Source: Pseudobacteriovorax sp.
GTDB lineage: Bacteria > Bdellovibrionota_B > Oligoflexia > Oligoflexales > Oligoflexaceae
DNA length: 19,961 bases
Assembly (NCBI GenBank): GCA_050293845.1
Contig: JBNKNM010000094.1
Span: forward strand, 1 to 19,961
Direction of reading: 5' to 3'
Shown here: piece by piece, positions 1 through 7,024 of the stretch
How the letters are laid out: each line of letters opens with the position of its first letter
How positions within the stretch are numbered: position 1 is the first letter of the stretch
Made by a program: the position numbers and the translations under genes
The notes under the pieces: generated by a model
Told to the model about the DNA's origin: nothing
Database searches by the model: none
Seen by the model: the letters and a program-made list of their open reading frames with translations, nothing else

Positions 1-32
1 TGCTAATACGAAAAACTAAAACGCTCGGTGGC

Positions 33-109
33 TTAGTGACAAATTTTCAAATCGCAGCTTAAATCGCCATCACAGATAGTTTTTAAATCCTAACGCCGAA
101 TGTCACTAA
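33..109. repeat. 9-bp inverted repeat (TTAGTGACA ... TGTCACTAA) enclosing 59 bp; possible REP/MITE-like element or RNA stem
   Basis: TTAGTGACA at 33-41 and its exact reverse complement at 101-109, in non-coding DNA downstream of argP. Confidence 0.3.
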
Positions 110-174
110 AACCCAAATACAATCTACATAGCTTTTTATGAACCTAAGATTGTGCTTTGATAAATTCAGAAGAT

Positions 175-1059
175 TCATCTGATAAAGCGTGGTGCATTGC
201 TTATCAAGGACTGACTAAAGCGCTTTGCTACATCGGTTTCTAACTGCCATGTATGCCAATAAAGATCAAGTTTCATGGCGTTTCCCGGGCAGATATTGAA
301 TAGGGTTGTTTTTTCCAAACGGTCTTCCACCTGTACTGTTGCTAGTAATCCATAAGCATAACCGTCGACAATAAACTTTTCATACTCCGCAAGGGCAGGC
401 ATCTGATGGGTTGCAGGCATATCCAAGATCGCAAAATTTTCATACATAAAATCGTCAAGCATATGGTCTCTTTCATCGAAAATAACTGCTGGTGCTTGCA
501 ACAAGCTATCAACTGTAACCCCATCACTAAACCACTGTTTACAAAAGCTCGGGGAAGCAACAAGATAAAAATTCATGCTACCGAGCCAATTCACTTTACA
601 ACCTTGCAGTGGCTCCTTCCGGGTAGAAACACAGGCGAAAACGCGTCCGCTTTTTAGGTGATGATATGTTTGTTCCTGATCTTCCGCTACCAGCTGTAAA
701 ATAACATTGTTTTGCTTCAAAAAATCACCGACTGCATCCATAAACCAAAGAGCTAAACTATCTCTGTTAATGGCTATGGGAAGGGGGCCCCATTTTTTTG
801 CATGATCGGGGTGAATCATTTGCTGTAGTTCATCTTCTAAGAGGCAAACTTTCTGATAGTGGTTCATAAGCAGCTTGCCGAGCGCTGTCAGTTCGGGAGG
901 GCTCGCTCGCACCAGAACTGGGGTACCTACAGATTCTTCCAAAAGCTTAATGCGTTGGGATATGGCTGATTGGGTGATTCTGAGCCTTATAGCCCCTTGC
1001 TCAAAGCCCTTCGCTTCGATAACAGCTGCCATAGCTTCCAGCTGGCGATACTCAAACAT
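175..1059 (-). CDS. argP: ArgP/LysG-family LysR-type transcriptional regulator
   Basis: N-terminal LysR HTH (QLEAMAAVIEAKGFEQGAIRLRITQSAISQRIKLLEE); ArgP-typical motifs IAINRDSLALWF, EDQEQT and LYWHTWQLET; divergent from a LysE/ArgO exporter. Confidence 0.9.
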   Translation of the reverse strand: MFEYRQLEAMAAVIEAKGFEQGAIRLRITQSAISQRIKLLEESVGTPVLVRASPPELTALGKLLMNHYQKVCLLEDELQQMIHPDHAKKWGPLPIAINRDSLALWFMDAVGDFLKQNNVILQLVAEDQEQTYHHLKSGRVFACVSTRKEPLQGCKVNWLGSMNFYLVASPSFCKQWFSDGVTVDSLLQAPAVIFDERDHMLDDFMYENFAILDMPATHQMPALAEYEKFIVDGYAYGLLATVQVEDRLEKTTLFNICPGNAMKLDLYWHTWQLETDVAKRFSQSLISNAPRFIR

Positions 1060-1151
1060 ACTGAATTCCTTAAGTTTTTTGTGACAAATATGAAACTGGA
1101 TATAATTCGAACCTAGTTGAACTCGAATTGTCGTGAAAACAAAGGACTGAT

Positions 1152-1196
1152 ATTAGTTTTTCTTATGAAATATAAAAATAATTAATTTTACTTAAT
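1152..1196. promoter_or_regulatory. Two tandem LysR-type T-N11-A boxes (probable ArgP binding sites)
   Basis: ATTAGTTTTTCTTAT (1152-1166) and ATTAATTTTACTTAAT (1181-1196) both contain T-N11-A with dyad flanks and lie between the divergent regulator and exporter. Confidence 0.6.
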
Positions 1197-1239
1197 TAGA
1201 AAATATCCCGACAATGAGCCTGTGTTAGGAGGTACAGCT

Positions 1240-1848
1240 ATGTTTTTTGATATTTCTAGTAAAGCTTTTATATCTGGATTTGTGATGCAAATTGGTTTGA
1301 TTACATCGCTTGGTATGCAGAACCTCTATCTCATCGATAGAGGCATCAAAAAGGAATACCCTTTCATAGCCGCCATAGTATGTTTCATTTGCGAATTTAT
1401 ACTTATTGGTTTCGGACTGTTAGGAGCCGCACAGTTATCTGTTGCACTACAACAGCTGCTCACGGTCATAGCCGCTTTGTTCTTGGTAGCTTATGGGCTC
1501 AGAGCTGTCTATAAAGCCGCTTTCAGTTCTTCAAGCGACTTATCTTTGGCAAAAGCCACTCCCTCTGCTACCACCGTAATACTGGCTGCTATTGGTTTCA
1601 GCTTACTGAATCCTCAAGCCATTGTGGAGTCTCTGGTCTTCTATGGAGGACTTTCCCAGCGTTTCTCTGATTCCTTAAACAACTTTGTTTTTGGAGCCCT
1701 AGCAGCCTCGTTTCTATGGCTTATGAGCTTAGCTAGTGTAACCACCTTTGCTATTCCAAACCCTCCTTCTCAGAGAGCCATGAGATGGTTGAATGCTGCT
1801 AGCGGCTTTATTCTTATAGCTATGGGCTTAGGGCTTGGACTGACCTAA
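1240..1848 (+). CDS. argO: LysE/ArgO-family amino acid (arginine/lysine) exporter
   Basis: Hydrophobic multi-TM protein with LITSLGMQNLYLIDRGIKKEY (GAQN-like) and SLLNPQAIVES (LNPH-like) motifs; ATG 1240 preferred over GTG 1222 because AGGAGG lies at 1227-1232. Confidence 0.85.
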   Translation: MFFDISSKAFISGFVMQIGLITSLGMQNLYLIDRGIKKEYPFIAAIVCFICEFILIGFGLLGAAQLSVALQQLLTVIAALFLVAYGLRAVYKAAFSSSSDLSLAKATPSATTVILAAIGFSLLNPQAIVESLVFYGGLSQRFSDSLNNFVFGALAASFLWLMSLASVTTFAIPNPPSQRAMRWLNAASGFILIAMGLGLGLT

Positions 1849-1909
1849 GTCCTGAATCATTAGCTATATGAACAAATATTCCCTAACATTCTCCGAGCTA
1901 TCCCTATCT

Positions 1910-1936
1910 GTTTGTTCAGTTTGTTCAGTTTGTTCT
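1910..1936 (+). repeat. Three tandem 9-bp direct repeats GTTTGTTC(A/T), with an inverted partial copy TGAACAAA at 1869-1876; candidate operator
   Basis: GTTTGTTCA 1910-1918, GTTTGTTCA 1919-1927, GTTTGTTCT 1928-1936, then GTTT. Confidence 0.8.
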
Positions 1937-1951
1937 GTTTTTTACCGATAA
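1924..1951 (+). promoter_or_regulatory. Candidate sigma-28 (FliA)-type promoter of the HTH-RES operon
   Basis: TTCAG (1924-1928)-N16-CCGATAA (1945-1951); -10 ACCGATAA is 7/8 to the GCCGATAA consensus; SD AGGAG at 1968-1972. Confidence 0.5.
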
Positions 1952-1981
1952 GATCCTGTAAAATTTTAGGAGCGAACGGCA

Positions 1982-2470
1982 ATGAAAAAAAAGGGTAGGT
2001 CAAAAATGAACGAGGGCAACATAGCAAGGGATGAGCTGTTTAGTGGTGAGTATTTTAAAGGGCTTAGCCTCGAAGAATGTCTCATCATCTCAGAAAAGCT
2101 TGAGGATACAATCCGCCAACTAGGGAGTAATCCTTCTAAGCCACCTTTACTAGATATTTTTCGAGCTTGCATGACCATCGAAGAGTTTAGCGATCTGACC
2201 GGGCAGTCGAAGGATACAATTCGTAGACAAATTCAGCGCAAAAACGTCCTCGCCGTCAAAAAGCAAAATGGACGCTATCTCATTCCTTTCTGGCAATGGG
2301 ATGACTCACGGAACGACTATATCAAGGGTCTGTCTAACCTTCTTTCCAGCTTTCAACCCCATATCTCCATCGAGGACCAAATACTGTTTATGACTCCTTC
2401 TCGCATTTCTCGTTTAAAACATGGGGATTGGAAAGTTATTAAGGAAGCTTCAAGTCTGGGGGCTTTTTAG
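1982..2470 (+). CDS. HTH DNA-binding protein, putative antitoxin (excisionase/MerR-like winged HTH; MbcA/Xre-like C-terminus)
   Basis: TIEEFSDLTGQSKDTIRRQIQRKNVLAVKKQNGRYLIPFWQW fits an HTH_17-like pattern; its stop overlaps the RES gene start (TAGTG); SD AGGAG upstream. Confidence 0.65.
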   Translation: MKKKGRSKMNEGNIARDELFSGEYFKGLSLEECLIISEKLEDTIRQLGSNPSKPPLLDIFRACMTIEEFSDLTGQSKDTIRRQIQRKNVLAVKKQNGRYLIPFWQWDDSRNDYIKGLSNLLSSFQPHISIEDQILFMTPSRISRLKHGDWKVIKEASSLGAF

Positions 2471-3174
2471 TGTTCCCACCTGAAAATGATACCAAAATTG
2501 CCTTTGGTAAGTATGGCCCTCAATACCTAAATCTGATTCCCGGAAAAATACTCTATAGGCTATCATGTCGCAGATTTGTAAACGAACCATTCAATGCGAA
2601 TGGCCCTAGTGGGAGATTTGACCACCAGTTACAACGCTTTGACAAAGATGGCATCAATATCTATTGGGTATCTAAGGAATCCTTCGATGGAAATGGCAAG
2701 CCAATGACACATATTCCCTATGATCGCAAAACCTGCTATTTAGGGGAGAACCTTCGTACTTGTATCGCAGAGAGTTTTATGCGAGATCCCGAAGGCGATT
2801 ATCATGGCCAGATTAATGACACGAAGGTATTGGTTACACTATCCGTAGTCAGAAGTTTAACCCTATTGGATCTGCGCTCCCCCAACGAGCGACAACTGGG
2901 TATCCCGCAGAAATTTTTTGATGAGCAAACCGTTTGTGTAGATTATGATGCTCATCAAGCTTGGGCGCGACGGATATATGAAGATCCGATGCTGGAGTTT
3001 AAACCTATAGATGGGATTATTTGGCAGTCGACGAGAGACTCGTCACAACGCTGTTACGTGCTAAATGAAAGGGCTGTCAATAAGATCCAGGTTACTCAAA
3101 GTACTGAACTGAGCTATATCCGTTCCCACGTAGAGTCCATAGCCGCTCTCTATCGTCTTGAAATTGGTTTTTAG
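2470..3174 (+). CDS. RES-domain protein, putative NAD+-targeting toxin (RES family NAD+ phosphorylase/ADP-ribosyltransferase-like)
   Basis: Motifs LYR(30), GRFD (R49), CYLGE (Y90), CIAES (E101), LTLLDLR, QAWARRIY, DGIIWQSTR (S187), YVLNER; GTG start coupled to the upstream stop. Confidence 0.8.
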   Translation: MFPPENDTKIAFGKYGPQYLNLIPGKILYRLSCRRFVNEPFNANGPSGRFDHQLQRFDKDGINIYWVSKESFDGNGKPMTHIPYDRKTCYLGENLRTCIAESFMRDPEGDYHGQINDTKVLVTLSVVRSLTLLDLRSPNERQLGIPQKFFDEQTVCVDYDAHQAWARRIYEDPMLEFKPIDGIIWQSTRDSSQRCYVLNERAVNKIQVTQSTELSYIRSHVESIAALYRLEIGF

Positions 3175-3189
3175 CCAAGATCAAAATTT

Positions 3190-3247
3190 TACCGGACTCC
3201 GTATGAGTTTGAAAAATTCTACTCATAAACAGAGGTTAAATCCGGTA
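3190..3247. terminator. Nested imperfect hairpin downstream of the RES gene (terminator or stability element)
   Basis: TACCGGA 3190-3196 / TCCGGTA 3241-3247 enclosing TATGAGT 3202-3208 / ACTCATA 3221-3227; lies between convergent genes; no clear U-tract. Confidence 0.35.
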
Positions 3248-3394
3248 CTTGTTTCCCTCGTGGCTTAATTTGGTATAAATGGGAGAATCTAATTCCTTAA
3301 CCTCTTACTGCATCAGTACGCTCCACGACTATCATCAACTTTCTGTTGATATCCTTAACAGTTAGAGTCATAATTAATGGTTATGGTAAGTTGT

Positions 3395-3856
3395 TCAAGT
3401 CTGATTTACGCAACTTTTGCAACGACCTGCTAATTCCAGCATTGCTGACTTAGTTTGAAAGCCCTCACTGGACTTTTTGGCGAGATAAAAGATCATGGAC
3501 ATAATTTCCTGATCTAACTGACGCTCTTCTAAAAAACTACAGTTTTCACATCTGTAAATAACGTGGACTTTCTTACCTTGAACCTCGGGAGCAGCATTGC
3601 AAATGACATATTTCCCTGAAGGAGATACCTGATGAATAACTCCTAACTCACTATAAGTAATCAAGGTTCTATAAACTGTGGCAAAGTCGCAGGTACTATT
3701 AGCAACTAAATCTCTATGTACATCTTTGGGAGTGAACGGAGTAGAAAACTTCTCCAGACTGGATGCTATAAGAAGCCGAGTTTTGGTAATTCTGAGTCCG
3801 TGATCACGAAGAACACCCTCACAGTGTTCTGAAAATGTTGTACAGCACTCTCCCAT
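3395..3856 (-). CDS. Fur-family metalloregulator (Fur/Zur/PerR-like)
   Basis: GLRITKTRLLI, DFATVYRTL recognition helix, HVIYRCENC and C-terminal GRCKSC structural-zinc CxxC pairs. Confidence 0.85.
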   Translation of the reverse strand: MGECCTTFSEHCEGVLRDHGLRITKTRLLIASSLEKFSTPFTPKDVHRDLVANSTCDFATVYRTLITYSELGVIHQVSPSGKYVICNAAPEVQGKKVHVIYRCENCSFLEERQLDQEIMSMIFYLAKKSSEGFQTKSAMLELAGRCKSCVNQT

Positions 3857-3903
3857 TTCTTTCCCAAAATTACAGTTTATACATACAAGTCCAGCGAGTT
3901 GGC

Positions 3904-3932
3904 ATACTACTCTAGAAAATTGCTTTTATCAA
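3904..3932 (-). promoter_or_regulatory. Sigma-70-type promoter of the Fur-family gene
   Basis: Minus strand TTGATA (3932-3927)-N17-TAGTAT (3909-3904), ~48 bp upstream of the ATG. Confidence 0.5.
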
Positions 3933-4365
3933 TGGTCAAAAGAACTATAATAACCATGTATTTTAGACATATATAATTTCTCTCTGCTGCATAAATCACT
4001 GTTGTTAAAGTGACTTATCTTTAACGAATGTCATACAAGTTGTCCATCCTCGCTAGCCCCAACATTGTTCGATATATAAGGTCGCTTCACAAAGGTTCGT
4101 ATAATTTGCCCAACTCTTAACAGGGATTATAGAGATAGTAAACGCAAGTTAGAGAAGCGTTTCCAATTTACAGAGCAAACATTTTCAAAGGCTAAAGTGA
4201 AAGTGGAGCAGTCGATCTGTACTCTCTTGATGGGGAAATAGGTCTCTAGCCAGCTAAATTCAGTTATAGACTCTGTCATAATATAGGAGTTGTAAAAAAT
4301 CAGAACTCTGAATTTCCTGATTCATTTTACCTATCCTTTAAAAGAGATATTTTGACACCCAGCTT

Positions 4366-4394
4366 TTGCTTGCAATTAAACTTAAGTCTATAAC
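4366..4394 (+). promoter_or_regulatory. Sigma-70-type promoter of yceD
   Basis: TTGCTT (4366-4371)-N17-TATAAC (4389-4394); SD AAGGAG at 4410-4415. Confidence 0.5.
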
Positions 4395-4423
4395 GTCAGT
4401 TCTGAAAAGAAGGAGTATCTTCC

Positions 4424-4957
4424 ATGAAAATATGCGTAAGCCATTTACAGAAAGCCAAACACCTAGAACTTACTGGAGATGAGCCCTGGCTAGCAGGAGT
4501 CTATGCGTCATTCAAGTCTAGCAATAAGATCAAGCTATCAGGCTCGGTTACCATTATTCCTGAAGAGTTCGGTTATGCAAAAGTTTCAGGAGTATTCGAC
4601 TTCTCACCTCTAGTATCATGTAGCCGCTGCGACAAAAGTATCCCATGGCCCCTTGGTACAAGCTTCACCGTTCAGTACAAACCCTGGCAAGAAGATGAGT
4701 TAACAAAAGAAGGGGAGGATCGGGGAGTCCAGGAACTCGATGTGTATTATCTTGATCCAGAAAACAATATTGATCTTGAGCAACTAATGATTGACCTAGC
4801 TCTTTCTGACCTACCTCACCGACTTGTTCCCCGTGCGGATGATAGTGAAAGTTGCAGGATCTGTGCAGCGGACCTTTCAGAGTCAGCCGTTTACAAATCT
4901 GGAAATCCAGAGATCAGCAATCCTTTCGCTGCCCTGAAAAATTTAAACTTGTCTTGA
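4424..4957 (+). CDS. yceD: YceD/DUF177 family protein (large ribosomal subunit biogenesis/23S rRNA accumulation)
   Basis: CSRC motif, IDLEQLMIDLALSDLP, second CRIC, and C-terminal NPFAALKNL signature. Confidence 0.85.
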   Translation: MKICVSHLQKAKHLELTGDEPWLAGVYASFKSSNKIKLSGSVTIIPEEFGYAKVSGVFDFSPLVSCSRCDKSIPWPLGTSFTVQYKPWQEDELTKEGEDRGVQELDVYYLDPENNIDLEQLMIDLALSDLPHRLVPRADDSESCRICAADLSESAVYKSGNPEISNPFAALKNLNLS

Positions 4958-5011
4958 ATAATTTCTGTTGTGTTCAAGCTTGAATAACAGTAGTTTGTCA
5001 GAGCTTTTTTA

Positions 5012-5130
5012 CGGCGATGTGCCGCTATTAAACAGGTTGCTGGGGCGAAGGTGAGCTTCTGCTTGCATATCGGTACCTTAACGCTGATAACCCAGCTCCC
5101 AATGTATCAACCTTCGTAAGGAGTCTACCC
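5012..5130 (+). promoter_or_regulatory. Structured rpsB 5' leader (probable S2 autogenous-control element)
   Basis: CGGC/GCCG hairpin 5012-5024; GCTGGG 5039-5044 / CCCAGC 5091-5096; AGGTTG 5034-5039 / CAACCT 5108-5113; AAGGT 5048-5052 / ACCTT 5075-5079; directly upstream of rpsB SD AAGGAG 5118-5123. Confidence 0.5.
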
Positions 5131-5913
5131 ATGAGCGTTTCTATTAACATGAAAGAGCTTTTAGAAGCTGGTGTTCACTACGGTCACCAAACCAGACGTT
5201 GGAACCCTCGTATGAACCAATATATTTTTGGCGCACGAAATGGTATCCACATTATTGACCTGCAAAAAACAGTAAAAATGTTCCAAAAAGCATGCGACTT
5301 CTTGGAAGGCGTCACGTCTAAGGGGGGACACGTTTTATTTGTTGGTACGAAACGTCTTGCTCGCGACCTGGTCAAAGAAGAATCTGAGCGTTCTGGATCT
5401 TATTTTATCAACTATCGCTGGCTTGGAGGCACTCTCACCAACTTTCAAACCATTCGCCAAAGCATTCACAGATTGCGTAAGATTGAAAGAATGTCTCAAG
5501 ATGGAACATTCCAGAAGTTAACGAAAAAAGAGGTTCTCGGATTAACCCGTGAGCAAGAGAAGCTTGAGCAAAATATTGGCGGTATTAAGGATATGCCGGG
5601 ATTACCCGCAGCCATATTTGTTGTCGATGCTCACAAGGAAACCATTGCCATCCGCGAAGCTAAGCGACTTAATATTCCTGTTGTTGCTATTACAGATACC
5701 AATGCTGATCCCACCCATATCGATTATGCTATTCCCGGCAACGATGACAGCATTAAGGCTCTGAAACTGTTTATCAGCACGGCAGCTGAAGCCTGCGTTG
5801 CTGGCCGCGCCCTTGCTAAGGATAGTATCCAGGATAAAGATGGAAAAACCAAAGTCACTCCAGGTTCTTTCCGTGATGATAAGGGTAACCGCGTCAACGT
5901 AGAAAAAAAATAA
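5131..5913 (+). CDS. rpsB: 30S ribosomal protein S2
   Basis: [44 protein letters not shown] motifs. Confidence 0.99.
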   Translation: MSVSINMKELLEAGVHYGHQTRRWNPRMNQYIFGARNGIHIIDLQKTVKMFQKACDFLEGVTSKGGHVLFVGTKRLARDLVKEESERSGSYFINYRWLGGTLTNFQTIRQSIHRLRKIERMSQDGTFQKLTKKEVLGLTREQEKLEQNIGGIKDMPGLPAAIFVVDAHKETIAIREAKRLNIPVVAITDTNADPTHIDYAIPGNDDSIKALKLFISTAAEACVAGRALAKDSIQDKDGKTKVTPGSFRDDKGNRVNVEKK

Positions 5914-6061
5914 AGTTCGATGCCCGTTAGCACCTCCGTTGATGGTGGTGAGATGAAAAAATACTGGTCAGCGCCATAAATTGGCGCTACCCTACGGTCA
6001 TCAAATCGGCAATTCAAAAAGCAGAATAATGAAGCTATATATTTTCTGGAGGTAGTGCAAA

Positions 6062-6955
6062 ATGGCAGTTACTGCAGCAATGGTAAAGGAGCTACGCGAG
6101 AAAACTGGCGTAGGAATGATGGAATGTAAAAAAGCTCTAACCGAAGTCGGTGGTGATGTCGAAAAGGCTATACTTTACTTGCGTGAGCGAGGCATGTCAC
6201 GCGCAGCTAAAAAGGCTGGGCGAGTGACTGCTGAAGGACTTGTAAAAGTCGCCGTTAGTGATGACTTCAAAAAGGCAGCCATACTAGAAGTGAACTGCGA
6301 AACCGATTTTGTCAGCAAAAATGATGATTTCATAAAATTTACTAATGACGTGGTTGAGTTAGCCCTTAAAGAAGCTGTCAACGATATTGAAGACCTAAAA
6401 AAACTAGAGCTTCATGGCAAAACTGTTGGCGACACCCTTACCGACTTGATCGCTAAAATTGGCGAAAACCTCAATTTACGACGCGTCGCGACTCTTTGCA
6501 CAGAAAGCGGAGTTGTGAATGGTTACATTCATTTAGGTGGCCGCATCGGCTCTCTAGTTTGCTTGGAAGGGGCTGCAGGTGATGAACTTGTAGAATTGTC
6601 CAAAGATCTAGCAATGCATGCCGCTGCCGCCTCCCCTCGCTTTTTAAGCACGGAGCAGGTTGATCCCACTGAGCTAGCCCAAGAACAAGAGCTAGCCAAG
6701 AAAAAGCTTATCGAAGAAGGCAAGCCAGAAAACCTGATTGAAAAAATCATGGCCGGGCAAATAAACAAGTTTTACAAAGAAATTTGTTTGTTAGAGCAAG
6801 CCTTTGTCAAAGACCCGAACTACTCCATTAAAAAACTCGTAGCCGAGAAAGGCAAAGGCGCTACTCTCAAAGCATTTCACCGGTTCCAACTTGGTGAAGG
6901 CATCGAGAAAAAACAAGAAAACTTTGCTGAAGAAGTTGCCGCTCAATTAAAGTAA
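6062..6955 (+). CDS. tsf: Elongation factor Ts
   Basis: VKELREKTGVGMMECKKAL, EVNCETDFV, IGENL, LLEQAFVKDP, FAEEVAAQ; follows rpsB. Confidence 0.99.
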   Translation: MAVTAAMVKELREKTGVGMMECKKALTEVGGDVEKAILYLRERGMSRAAKKAGRVTAEGLVKVAVSDDFKKAAILEVNCETDFVSKNDDFIKFTNDVVELALKEAVNDIEDLKKLELHGKTVGDTLTDLIAKIGENLNLRRVATLCTESGVVNGYIHLGGRIGSLVCLEGAAGDELVELSKDLAMHAAAASPRFLSTEQVDPTELAQEQELAKKKLIEEGKPENLIEKIMAGQINKFYKEICLLEQAFVKDPNYSIKKLVAEKGKGATLKAFHRFQLGEGIEKKQENFAEEVAAQLK

Positions 6956-6983
6956 AAAACGACCCGAACGGGTCGTTTTTTTT
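6954..6983 (+). terminator. Intrinsic (rho-independent, potentially bidirectional) terminator after tsf
   Basis: A6-CGACCC-GAAC-GGGTCG-T8. Confidence 0.85.
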
Positions 6984-7024
6984 ACATCACTTTCAAGCAC
7001 TATCTAGAAGGGACTGTAGCTAAA

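Noticed and set aside
1104..1129. AATTCGA-N12-TCGAATT inverted repeat upstream of argP
   Set aside because: A single 7-bp dyad with no assignable regulator is too weak to call
1910..1940. Tandem repeats as a CRISPR array or replication iterons
   Set aside because: The units are 9 bp with no spacers, and there is no cas or rep gene
1950..3191. AAGATC...AAAATTTTA similarity on both sides of the TA module as att/target-site repeats
   Set aside because: The match is short, gapped and AT-rich, so it is compatible with chance
3186..3241. Possible integron attC site after the RES gene (ATTTTAC ... GTTAAAT)
   Set aside because: The left end lacks the invariant AAC of RYYYAAC, and there is no integrase or cassette array in the window
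3919..3933. ATTG-N7-CAAT dyad as a Fur/Zur box
   Set aside because: The spacing does not match the Fur-family boxes I know, and it is partly explained by the -35 element; autoregulation cannot be excluded
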